A stretch of 63,292 bases of DNA, the filler included, from Choristocarpus tenellus KU-1152 (Eukaryota; Protista; Phaeophyceae): the NCBI GenBank assembly GCA_964200185.2. It is 10 parts of 10 records of this genome, joined end to end, with 100 filler letters (N's around TTAATTAATTAA, not from the genome) between each part and the next. Parts side by side here need not be neighbours in the genome. Positions count along the whole stretch, not along the records: positions 47,837 to 52,763 come from CAXNAD020012503.1; positions 52,864 to 57,516 come from CAXNAD020013622.1; positions 57,617 to 63,292 come from CAXNAD020010043.1; 7 more parts are not named here. One strand, given 5' to 3'. Within the stretch, counting starts at the first letter, position 1. The number at the start of each line of letters is the position of its first letter. Below, piece after piece: positions 49,537 to 61,199 of this stretch. The notes beneath the pieces were generated by a model. That model saw only the letters and a program-made list of their open reading frames with translations. It did not search any database and had not been told where the DNA came from. The translations under genes and the position numbers were made by a program.

Positions 49537-50339
49537 TTGGCAAGCTTTGTGATTTGCTCGTGGGCTGTCCTCCCAAATCCCAGCACCTCCCCCCCTTCAC
49601 CCTCCCCCTACAACCCCAATGTCCCCTTTTCCATCCAATCACGTCTATTTAGCTCCACCACCAATGAGGCTGGCCACGTCCAACCCAAAGTATCTGGGGG
49701 AGGGGGGGGGTCTACACCGGGGTGTCCATTTGGGCCAAAACCAGGAAAATTGCACTTTCATTATCCATCCGACTTATGGAACCAAATTACCCAAAAATCG
49801 GGACATGAAAAAATTGGCTCCAAATGGACAGCCGCCACCCCCCCCAGATACTTTGAACCTCTCTTCCTCCCTAGTTTGAACTCAGTACTCTCTCCCCTTG
49901 CACCTTGCTATTTTCGATCCCCTCCTACGCTGTCGCCAAAATCCCCCCGATAAACTCGATAGTCTCCAAGCCTTGTTGACTTTTTCGTGAGATATCCTAC
50001 CCAGTTCCATGACCCTTCCTCCCTCCACCGTACCTGGGATTAAGGAGGACAGCCCATGAACAAAGGGCAAGCTTGCCAAGGTTTACTATCAACAGTTTAC
50101 CTGGAGCAATATGGGTACAGCAGGAGGGACCAAAAAAGGTAGGTGCTGGGGGGAAAATCATTGCGCACAAACTGGGACTAGGGAGGAAAGAGGGACTTCG
50201 CCACCGTCGCATACCCAAACTTGATATGTGTGATTGGGTGGAGGAGGGGGGGCATTGGGGTTGCAGGTGCCAAAGGAGGGGGGAGGGGGGCTTGAATTGA
50301 GGTGGACAGCCCACGAACAAATGACAAAGCTTGCCAAGG
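49537..50339. mobile_element. Foldback-like element with ~110-bp imperfect inverted repeats, carrying a nested G-tract MITE (49682-49859)
   Basis: ttggcaagctttgtgatttgctcgtgggctgtcc... (49537) is the reverse complement of ...ggacagcccacgaacaaatgacaaagcttgccaa (to ~50338). A third partial arm lies at 50044-50080. Confidence 0.7.
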
Positions 50340-51962
50340 TCCATGAGTTTACCAGAACCGAGAGTGAGAGGAGACCAAGAAAGATACAAAATAGAATAAA
50401 ATTATAACAAGATAATCTTGGTTTAGTTTTTTTTTTTTTTGAGTTTTTCCTTTAAACATATACCCTCGCACAACCTTCTAAGATCTTAGTAAGTAGGGGA
50501 GGCACTGGAGTTGCCGGTTTTGGGAGGGGTGCTTCGAAGACGCAGCCGTATATATTAATAGATCTTGGTGTGTGCACGGGAGACTAGCTAGTGGTAGAGA
50601 GGCTAGCTCGCTATGCTTGCAGCTCAATTTTAAAGTAAAGTTCTTGGTCTCTGAAGACTCATTGAACATCCGAAGAGAGAAAAAAAGGACAAAGCGGTTC
50701 TAATATCCAAACTCGTTAAGTTATACCTGACTCTGGACTTGGATATGGTATGGCAAGGGAAAATTGGTGCGAATACGTCTCTCAAGATGGACAAGTGAAG
50801 CACGTGCTGCAGGTGATGGATTAGCAAGTGCTTGATACTGGCTCCCATGCCCTCCCCAAATTGACCTATTCCCAACTACATTCCTCCCATGTGCGACAAT
50901 TTGCAGTGCTTCTGCGAGTGTGATGATCTAGATGAGTCATTTTCCAACCTCTTTGTCGGGAGGATTGAAGGAGTCGGCAGGGACGAGCACTTGGGATCCT
51001 TATTCCGAGTATTCCAAACTGTGGAGGACAGAGCGAGGTGTGCAACTACTTGGTACTACTCGGGAGCTGCTCGGGTGGTCAAAGACTAAGGGCATTTTGA
51101 ATCCTTACCCAGATTCACTGCTACTTTGCGACTTTTTATATTCGAAGCCCACATTCGGCTGTCTTTGCCAGTCACTGTCTCCCCATACTTGCTTCGTCCT
51201 ACCAATGACTCTACCTGAGATTCCGATTCATGCGCGTACGACCTGCGTACGCGTTGCAGCCGCACGAGCCTAGCGGTCGTGGTAGGCCTGAATAGCATGC
51301 TCGTAGGTAGTCAGAGTCTGATTCTGTGTCCGAGGTAGAGTCATGGGGAAGTGGACAGGGCTGGGGGTCAGTGGTGCTTCCATCAATTGAGTAGCATGGA
51401 CATCTTGCTTATTTATACATAGCACGCTTATTGACCTTGACCTAGGCTTATGAATCATTCAAGATTGGACGTCTGGGTTTCGTAGAATCTTGTCATGGTT
51501 GCACTACTTCCTTGTGACTGTGTAGATGTCTAGATTCATGCCGCTGATGGTGCTCATGCTGGACCCTCTCCACAAAGGCTTGTTTTGTCGAAGCACTACT
51601 GTTGTCTACATAGGCCACGGTATGATGGGCAATAGCTCCTTCCATCTCACTTCTTCCCCATGTCTTCTAGTGCTCACCAACTCTTCCCTTCCCTTCCCTT
51701 TCCTCGTCTTCCAAATGTAAAAAAATCCATGCCTGCAAGATTGCCATGGCCTGGTGGAGCCAAGAAAATCAACCTGGACTGGGTACTCCCATGCATCTTG
51801 CTTTGGGGGGTGAGATTCCCTCCCCCTCTCCCCCTTTGCTTTTCCCCTACAGCCTGTCCTTCAGTCTCACTGCGCATACAACCTCTCAGGCCGATGAAAT
51901 TTTGTGCTGTCTTTCTGTTCGTTTCTTCTTCCACACATGTGCATAGACTTTTTTTTGCATAC

Positions 51963-51996
<34 letters not shown>

Positions 51997-52863
51997 TGTT
52001 GCGGTTTTCCTATCCATCAGTAGAGCGTGATGGGACTGTTCAGTTCTTAGTGGTAAGCGCCTCACCATTCTTTGTGTCACGGGCAGTACCTAAGTCTTGT
52101 CTCTACTGTATGTGGGTGCTATGGGGTATTCAAAGGACTATTCAAAACGACTTTTCCCTTTCAATGAATACCCCATCGTTTGGAAGTAATTAAGAAGTTC
52201 GGCTTTCAGAGAGCAACTTGTGATCTTGGAAGTGGATTAGTGGTTTTGGCAAGCTAGCTGGAGGTTTATCTGCGAGGCTTACCTGGAGCCCTTAGAATAG
52301 AAGTTGGCATGGGTATTGGTCTGGTGCTTCTCCAATGGCAGGCTTCCGTTTCATCTTGCAACATGTAAGCAACTGTATGACTTTGCCTTGCACTCTTGTG
52401 TATTTGGTGCACTATTGTGCTCTACTCCTTTGTAGATCTCAGTTCGCATGGTCAATGCTGATATTATCAGTGCAACTGAAACTGCTGCATCAACTGATTT
52501 ATTGCCACTTGTCTCTAGACTAGCACTTCATAGTTGTATGTGTGTGTTTTATTATATTATATTTTATTGTATGCTTGTGGCCTGCATAGCCAGCTGTGTC
52601 TACATTAGCATCTCCAATCTGTATGTGTTTATTATTGTATGCATGTTTATATGTATGTACTTAGGTACATAGGTACTCCAAGCACATTGGTATGTGCTTA
52701 GGGCCTGCATAAAGTGCTACAGAGTGCATGCCTCCTATTGTCCTGATCTCTATTTTGAAGGGGNNNNNNNNNNNNNNNNNNNNNNNNNNNNNNNNNNNNN
52801 NNNNNNNTTAATTAATTAANNNNNNNNNNNNNNNNNNNNNNNNNNNNNNNNNNNNNNNNNNNN

Positions 52864-52939
52864 CCAAGCCAAGGTAAATTTGCACAGAATGGACCCCCCG
52901 GTGTAGCCCCCCCCCCCCCCCCACCAGATACTTTGAGCC
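52864..52939. mobile_element. G-tract MITE fragment at contig start
   Basis: Ends in ccagatactttgagcc. Confidence 0.8.
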
Positions 52940-53846
52940 ATGGCCTGGCGAATTCGAACGATATAGTAAGTCATTACGGAGGGCAAAATGCGACATAGAT
53001 GTTGTCAATGCCTTATCAGGTGATATAGGGCGACATTGGGGGACTGCAAATACCTGGAATATGATCCGGACTCGGATTCCTGCTCCTTGTATAATTGCTC
53101 CAGGTCTAATACAGGAACCACAGTAGTGGAACTAGTAAATAGTTTATCACTTTTTTTGGATGGGCGGTTGCTTGGTTAAGGTTAGAAGCGGATAACCCGT
53201 ATTCCTTTTCAACACGTGCAGAAAATGCACGATTACTATTAGGTGCATTACGACTGATGGGTGCCAGTAATGGAGGAACAGATTTCTCCTGTTCCTCCAA
53301 CTTCAAAATACGAGATAGAGTGTCAGGTATAACAGTTAGCATACCGGGCTTGTGTTTGACAGTGAAATCATGAGCTTGAAGCGCAATAGCCCAACGAGTA
53401 AGCAACTCCTAGTATGCTGTAGCATGATCTGTATTGCAGGTAAAGTGTCTACCCCAAAGATACGGTCGTCGCCAATCAGTGATAGCTGTAACGACTTCAT
53501 AATGCTCTCTTAATGTAGCTGAATATTGACGTTGGGCTTCACTAAATTTCTTACTGAAGTAAGCAATGATACCTAGATCCTTGGAGTTATCAGATTGACG
53601 TTGTGCTAAAATGCTTCCAGCACCACTCTCACTGGCATCAACATGAACGACGAACTCTTTGGTAAAGCCAGGGAATATGAAAACCGGAGTTGCAGAGAGT
53701 AATTGTTTGACTTAAAAAAATGACACATCCTGGTCCAATCCCCATTCTTTATCAACGTTCTTACTGACACCTTTTGTGTAAGATGAACTAACAGTTTAAT
53801 TACTGTGGCTAGGTAGGGTATAAATTGACGCACAATATTAACACAC
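52940..53846 (-). mobile_element. Ty3/gypsy pol fragment (RT thumb - RNase H), decayed
   Basis: The minus strand reads FVVHVDASESGAGSILAQ...IAYFSKKFSEAQRQYSAT...WRRPYLWGRHFTCNTDH...LTRWAIALQAHDFTVKHKPG.....DTLSR, with frameshifts. Confidence 0.92.
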
Positions 53847-54065
53847 CTAGGACAGATTGAAGTTCGTTGATGGTGGTGGGTTTGGGAAACTCAGTGATGG
53901 CATGAAGTGGGATTGATCTCTTGAAAAATTCCACACTTCAATTATACGTAAGACCCTCCCTTGGAATTCAGGGGTTCCTGACAAGGAAACCTCAATCGGT
54001 ATAACGGTGTATGGCATACAGCAACAACGGTATAATATCCAACAAACATGCTTTCTACATTGCTG

Positions 54066-54160
54066 TATTTTTATTACTATGCCCTCTGACATTTTGCAGA
54101 TGTGTCAGGGGGAAAACAAACGAAAACTATACATATTATGTCAGTATCAGCCCTGTAATT
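54066..54160 (-). mobile_element. 3'-terminal fragment of the CRE-like LINE
   Basis: tatgccctctgacattttgcagatgtgtcagggggaaaacaaa...tgtcagtatcagccct matches 21488-21560. Confidence 0.75.
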
Positions 54161-56196
54161 TATATTTAGAGTTTTTAGATATAATTTATAGTAGTAGTAC
54201 GGGATACAAGATACAACATACAAGATATAACATACAAAGTAGGCTGAATGGTAAATGGGGGAATCTTCCACCACTTTTCATTAATCGGACGAATTATAGC
54301 TACCCTTCACACTCCACTCACAACCCTTCACGAGTTTGAACTCGGTCTTCCTCCCTCTGGTCAAGGTGGTACGAGATTCTGTGGATGGCAGGTGAGTGTA
54401 CATTGTTCATTATGAATGAGTGTTGGGGGCAACAACGACCACGCCAGAAAAGTGTTTGTGATCGGTGTTGAAACCTGAATGTATCGTACATGTAAGCAAA
54501 ATGCGTGGACTACTAATGATGAGGAATCATGGTGTTGCGAAGCACTGATGAGTGATATGCGTAGTCGATGTTATGGATAGGTGTGATTGTGCTGCAAAGC
54601 ATCGGTGTATTTATTCTGTTGCAACTGAGGCCATTGATCTCTTAGTCAAGAATGATGCGATGTGGATTCAGTATTCTTGGTTGCTCAATCCAGAATGATA
54701 TGATGTGAATTCAGTGTTCTTTCGTGTGATACTCAACGAAAGAAGTACATGCTCCGTGGAGAGGCTTGTTACCTTGGCTGGCGAGGGTTTCCCCGGATGG
54801 TTTTAACTCTGATTATATTACATCCATGCGTGTGTTTGATACACGGTTTGCAGAGTGGCGTTGGTGCAATTTAAGGCATCAACGGCAGTCACGAAAGAAA
54901 CAATAATCGACCATCAATGTATAACTGTCATCTTCTGGTGATAAGAAGAAGGAGTGAAAGAAAAAACAAACAACAGAACAAAATTGAAACAACATGTGAT
55001 GCAACAAAAGTGACGTACACTATACTATACTATTTGTGTGGAATGCAGAGCGACTGTTCTGTACTATGGTGTTCTGATTGTAGTTGATGTGGATATGACA
55101 AACTAGTGTAAGTAACGTCCAGAACGTAACGGACCAATCAACAGTCAATGTTGACTGGTGGAACTGTGTCTTATCAAGGAACAAACAGATGAGTATAGCC
55201 TATGTTTTAACAATTGACACAACTAGTGATGTGCCATGTATTTAAGAAATATTTGTTCGCCATCACCCTCAACTGAAACGTTTTGATGTGCGTCCTGTCC
55301 CACCTGGTGCAATAAATCTAAGTACGGCAAACGGCTTGTTGAAACATTAGTACACCATTGCATATCCGTGGATGTATTCATTTTGCACTTACACTTGGTG
55401 ACACCACATTGCCAGTTCAAGCTTAGTGATTCCCCAACTTGGTCCCGATAAAATTCTGCTTGATAACAGTGTTATGCAGGCCTTCGGTACAATCCTTGAT
55501 TGGCAAAAATAACGTATCTCGTTCCACAACAGTTCATGTATAATTTCAGCGAGATATCATATGACAAGGAGCCTCACACAACAAGTACGTGATAAAAGTA
55601 CCACTCCTTCGTGCTCTGTGGTGAGTGTGCATCATGATTTTGAACCTGTACCCGTTCGTGTACGTATACCGTATAACGTACCACCTGGTCATGAAATCAT
55701 CGTACGTTGCACAAATGATGCTAGCCTATCGCTTGATACTGCCGTTGTAGTGGAGCCAGACATACATTCTATGCCTACTGTAGATCAAACCGCTGAACCT
55801 ACACACCCATGGAATCGTGTCGTAGCTGCTCGCACTCTCAGTACTTGGTCAGCAAGTAATAGATCAGTATTGGTTCAAATGGCAAATCCAACAACACGGA
55901 AAGTACGTACCAAGAAGCATCTTGTGATAGGTCACTTAACCCCACTTTCTGATCAGATATCAATCACTGTTAGTGCTCTAAATACTGCTTCTGCTCCATT
56001 CAGTAAAGCTAGAGAGGAGTTACATCAAGCCTTCAGTAAGACAAATGCATTCAAAGATACCACGTTCAATCAGTCTCAAGTGTGTCAACTTTTAGACCTT
56101 TGTGCTCGTTATAGATCGATATTTTCGTTGAATGCAGCAAAACTAGGCACATGTACTCTAGCGGAGGCAGAAATTCCTATAGAGTCTGGTATCAAA

Positions 56197-56885
56197 TGTT
56201 CGTAGAGAGTCAAAGTATCTCAGAGGGTAGAGTCGCGGCCATTTGGAATCCAAAATCCTATGTTGCGATATTGATGTAATTCTGGCTATCGTGTTTGTTA
56301 GGAAGTGTCAATACCCGTGTTCTGGACACACCTTTTCATAACGTATACATTTTACCTACTCCAAAGCATTTTGGAGTAGGAAAATGTCATAAAAAACCCA
56401 TGGGAAGCCAAGCCCCAAAAGGACAAGCTGGGCAAACCTCGTACCCTCTAAGATACTTTCACTCTAGATAGTGCTGCTGATACACTATAGACACCATCAG
56501 TGGAGTAGATTAGGAAAAGCAGACACCACTGTTGGAGTAATGGAGGAAGGATAGAGCCAGGTATATGTTTCCGTATATCTCAGTTGAGCTCTACACAACA
56601 TTCATGTATGGTGGTTACATATATGGTAGGGACCTGATATTGGATCACCCGTTGACATATCATGTATGGCACGTATTGTAAGTAGATGTGATTCTTTTCT
56701 GATTTTATCCATGTGGACGTTGCAAATCCCACATGGTAGTCTGAACTGGTCTCACCCATATATTCAGTCAGCGGAATCGAGACCACTAGCCCCTTGTAAT
56801 ATTAACTTTGCATATTTACATCAAGCTATTCATTGTCTTTCATCAAAGCACCAAAGCCGCGGGTCCAGTGTGGAAAATTTAAACA
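56197..56885. mobile_element. Solo LTR (TGTT...AACA, ~427 bp without the MITE) with 5-bp TSD TCAAA/CCAAA
   Basis: Removing 56197-56890 restores the gypsy frame ...GGT ATC AAA CCT GTT GAC (GIKPVD). Termini TGTT/AACA. The TSD copies (56192-56196, 56886-56890) differ at one base. Confidence 0.8.
56207..56464. mobile_element. MITE family A, complete, TSD TAGA
   Basis: gagtcaaagtatctcagagggta ... taccctctaagatactttcactc, flanked by taga on both sides. Confidence 0.93.
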
Positions 56886-57361
56886 CCAAACCTGTTGACA
56901 GGAACAACCTTACAGAGCAAACCCCCATGCTCAAAACGTAGTTGACTCGTGTGTTAATACTATGAAAGGGTAAGGCATCATTGAAAAACGTGCCAGCCCT
57001 TGGGGTAGTCCTGTTAATATCGTGGCCAAATCTGATGGCTCCCCACGTTTCTGTGTAGACCATAGATCAACTGTTAACAAACACCTAGTTCGACAGACTT
57101 GGCCTACGCCTGATATAGAGTCTCATATTGATACCATTGTGGGTGCAAAATTCATCACCATTTGTGATATTCAGAGTGCATATTGGCAAATTCTTGTTGC
57201 TGAAGATGACATTGATAAACTTCTTTTGTCACGTCCAGAGGCAAATATGTCTATAATAGGATGCCCTTTGGGTTATCAAATGCTCCCTGGCAATTTCAAA
57301 TAATCATGTCCTTAGCCTTGGCAAATTTTGGTCCACTGAGTGGGTTGCTAGTTTACATAGA

Positions 57362-57516
57362 GGGTCAAAGTATCTGAGGGGGGGGATGTCGGCGTCCGTT
57401 TTTCACCCTTTTTTCGTTTTTCACTTTTGGGTGTGATTTGGTCGCACGTGTCGGATTTGAAATGTCAGGAAAAAAAAGAGTTGTTTGACCGAAACGGGCG
57501 CCCCTTCACAAACCAC
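57362..57516. mobile_element. MITE end (gggtcaaagtatctg...) inserted in gypsy RT at the Y(I)DD region; truncated by contig end
   Basis: The terminus matches 47587. The RT frame ...LLVYI stops at the insertion. Confidence 0.75.
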
Positions 57517-57616
57517 NNNNNNNNNNNNNNNNNNNNNNNNNNNNNNNNNNNNNNNNNNNNTTAATTAATTAANNNNNNNNNNNNNNNNNNNNNNNNNNNN
57601 NNNNNNNNNNNNNNNN

Positions 57617-57736
57617 AATTGCAACATTGGATTTTGGTCCCCAAATGGACGCGACTCTACCCTCTAAGATACTTTGACTCGATTAAAAACGTAAAATAAT
57701 GTCCAAAACCTGGATACCTCTCGTTTGCTTTGACTC
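57617..57736. mobile_element. Family A MITE end (57617-57680) abutting a family B MITE end (57681-57736)
   Basis: taccctctaagatactttgactc, then cctggatacctctcgtttgctttgactc. Confidence 0.8.
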
Positions 57737-58030
57737 TGAGATACAGTTTGCTTCTTCCACACTTCCTCAGAAAGTAGAGGAGAATCAATGAATCGACGCT
57801 GCGTTTTTTTTAATGGCGATACCATTAAACAACAACGATCCAACATCCATGAACTCTATTTGGACTCAGTGAACGGTGGATTCAAATTTGAATACGCCCC
57901 AGGGCCCATTAATAATGAAGATGGAACAGTCCCATTTCAAAAATCGCTAGTTGAGTAAGTCATTACACGTGTATTCTCTTCAAGCAAAGGAGAATACCAG
58001 CAGAGAGCTGACCACGCTCAGATCCTAATT

Positions 58031-58278
58031 GAACGAGAGGCACCCAGGTTTTGGGTGTTTTGCTTTTGAAGTTTGTATTTCAATCTTCTGCAATTTATTC
58101 GTTTTCTGTGGATGAAGTTCTAAGTTTGACTTGAGAGCGTAATTTTTTCTATTGTTGGTGACTTTTCGACATAATTACAAACAAATCCTATACAAATTCG
58201 TAAAAAAAGTCGAAATTTGCACAAATTTGTCAGCATCCTTAAAATGCAGCTCTGAGTACCTCTCGTTTGCTTTGACTC
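58031..58278. mobile_element. MITE family B copy (left TIR clipped)
   Basis: aacgagaggcacccagg ... gtacctctcgtttgctttgactc, collinear with 15615-15874. Confidence 0.8.
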
Positions 58279-59769
58279 GACAAAAAAAAACTCTCCATAT
58301 TTGAGCAAAGACCCTTTTCGTAATGTCCGAAAGTGTTTATCCAGAAGGACATGTTTTGTCCTTTTTTTCTTGGGATCCTTACAGTGGAACCAATCGCGAA
58401 AATCTTTTGATTAGAAAGACTCCGAGGGCAAAATAGCGAAATACCAATATGCCTCTCCCTCATGCGTGGACATCCATGCAGAAAGTCTACATATGTCATT
58501 GTTACGACGAGTGAAACATGTTTACCGATATTTCCACCAATATTGACAATGACGTTGAACCAGTGGGAAGAGCAAAATAAATTCGTATGGCCCCATTGGA
58601 GTCAAGAATATGCGACACAGGGGGTGCTGTTATTGTTCAGAGTTCCTTGTGACTGTTTTCTGGTTTACACCTTTACATCACTACGTCCTCCAATCCAATG
58701 ACAACATCCACAGGGGAGAGGGTTGCATTTTGGTATTTTTGATGTTAAGGAGCTTATAATTGTGATGTCTGACACCCCTTTTCTCCGCTCAAATTCAGGT
58801 AACCTCCATCAAGAGTCTGTGGATGGATGAAGAAGAAATGAACTACTTGTGGATGGATGTTTGTATATACATACTACTTACACACATATATGTTGACATG
58901 TTGGACGAATAGCATCCTTTGTGTAACGTATGAGGTTCAATGGTCCAGGAAAGGGATTTTGGGATGTACCTGAAGCTCATTTGCGCTACTATATCCACCT
59001 TCAGGGAATCTCATTATTTCTTCTGACCCTGGTTAACCTATAGTTCCTCAGTGGACGCAACGATTTCAGTGGTTACAAGGCTGTGTTTGCTTCTACTTGT
59101 ATCCTCTCCTTTCCTCGGTAGTAACTCACAAAAAAAGATGGAGGTCCCCCTATTTACACGTTGCATCAAGTGAACCGCTGTTTCGTGTGTTGTGTGTCAG
59201 GCTTCTGGAGTGTCACAGCTTACAATTTGTAATAGTCTACAATGAACTGTGGAAGATCAATTTATAAACCCATACATCAGGGATACATATTCAAGGATGA
59301 CTACCACACTTACCTGGAAATTCGACACTACTTCTGCATCATAATTTGCAACTGTTCAACTACACATCGTCCATGAAAAAAAATTAACCCAACCCACCAA
59401 TTCGAAATACATCTACCACATGATGAAGGTATGTTCATCACTTGGTGTAGAACTCACCATTGACTATATCTGATTCATAACAATAATACTATACCCCTCC
59501 AACTTCACCCTTTGTCCCCCTCTCAATTCTCCCTCCCTACGCATTGATATCTAGCTTGGTGTTGGAATCTGACTTTGTGGTGTTTGCGGAGATGAACAAA
59601 CCAACAGTATGTACGATGCTGCGGGACAACATACCCATTTTTTCTGGTTCAGTTTTTCACTTTCAACATGTTTTAAAAGTACGTACTACTCTTAAATGAT
59701 ATTTTACTACTATTAAATGTTACAGTAGTTGTACTACGATCATACAACAAGGGGTGATGATGGTGATTA

Positions 59770-60065
59770 TGTAGAGGTCTATAATAAAAATAACAATAAT
59801 AATAAATGTAATAATAACTGTAATAGAAATAATAACAATATGAATATTAACAATTTTGATAGTGGTAATGATAACAAAGATAATAATGGTAGTAGTAATA
59901 ATAATAATTGTAGTAATAGTAATTTTAGTAGAGTAAGAATAATAGTATTAGTATTAATAGTATTAATAATAATCTTGACAATAGCAATAGTAAAGATAGT
60001 AAAAATAAAAGTAATACTATCAATACTGCTACTAATACTACTACTAAAAACAACAATAATAATAT
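59770..60065. repeat. Degenerate (AAT/AGT)n low-complexity tract
   Basis: Runs of aat/agt/act trinucleotides explain the poly-Asn ORF 59729-60100. Confidence 0.8.
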
Positions 60066-61199
60066 ATGGTAGTCACCTTCCGATCAAGGTATACCTTTAA
60101 AGTGCCCTTCCTTGAAAGATATACCTCAGGGTCTGTTGCCTAATATGACATCAGCATTTGTTGAAGTGTATATTGGGTGGTTCGAGTGGACCTTTCAAAC
60201 TCCCCTCATTCACACTTTTTGCCTTTTCACTCCTCCTTGAGTGACCTTCTGAGGCCTCCTGCCTTGCCTCTCTCCGTTTCCTTCCTCCTCTGGGTCTTCC
60301 CGCTCCCCTCCAGTCTGAAGAACCTGTCTGCCTGTTTCCATATGTTTCACAGCAACGATGACAGCGGTTCTGAAGTGGGAGAGTATTTCAACAGTACTTT
60401 TGGGGATAATCTTAGTACATTACCTGTACTTTGAGGACCAAAATTACCCTATTATGTACGAATGCCACATCATTCATATTCACATATACATCATTAGTAA
60501 CAGTAATAGCTCTACCACTAATAATAACAATAATAATAATAATATAAAGAAGGTTGATTGCACCCGGTGGAATCGGTTCAATAATGGAATTCTGGAGAGT
60601 AGTGTGGGTACTTAAAATTTGTGAGAAATACATGGTATATCACTTACAGTGTCCAAAGTCAGTGTGGCTGGTGCAGAATGATTTTTTCCTTCAACACCCT
60701 AGGATGATGATTTGATGCACAAAGGAAGAGATGCATAGTGCGACAATGCACTGGTGTACCATGTCTAAGTAGCATTATTATCAGGGATCTGATCTGTACC
60801 TAAAGGAAAAATAAACTGTGAAGCATGATTATTGTGGATATATATGTTGAGGAATTAATCGAGCTTGTGGAGCGAATGATACTGAAAACGAACTATGTTT
60901 AGTTCGTTAAACAACCCCGTCGACTCTTTGGTTAGACTCGACTTTATACCCAAAAGAACTAGAGAGGTTATTGTCTTCTATGCCCCTCAATTCTTGTCAA
61001 ATTTTCGAGCCCTTGCTGCATCTATCTGTTTTTTCTTTTCCTCCTCCGAAACACGTTTTGGCACTCTTGGCGTGTCTAAATTATCCCGACACCATGTCTA
61101 TTCATGACTTTATAACTCTGCTTACAATGTGGGTTCTCACAAACCACACTGTTCGTCGAAAAACTCGCTTCATGTTGTGGCTTATTTTAGGAAGAAATT

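Larger units (their letters stand above)
55420..57361 (+). mobile_element. Ty3/gypsy pol fragment (protease end - linker - RT), interrupted by a solo LTR and MITEs
   Basis: ORF 55561-56205 ends LGTCTLAEAEIPIESGIK. After the insertion it resumes PVD..PYRAN...KGIIEKRASPWGSPVNIVAKSDGSPRFCVDHR...DIQSAYWQI...RMPFGLSNAP..F...LVYI (RT motifs). Confidence 0.92.

Noticed and set aside
54540-54580. Hammerhead ribozyme or C/D snoRNA at CTGATGA
   Set aside because: No correctly placed GAAA core or flanking stems, and no terminal D box.
59729-60100. Asn-rich membrane protein ORF
   Set aside because: It is explained by an (AAT)n low-complexity tract.
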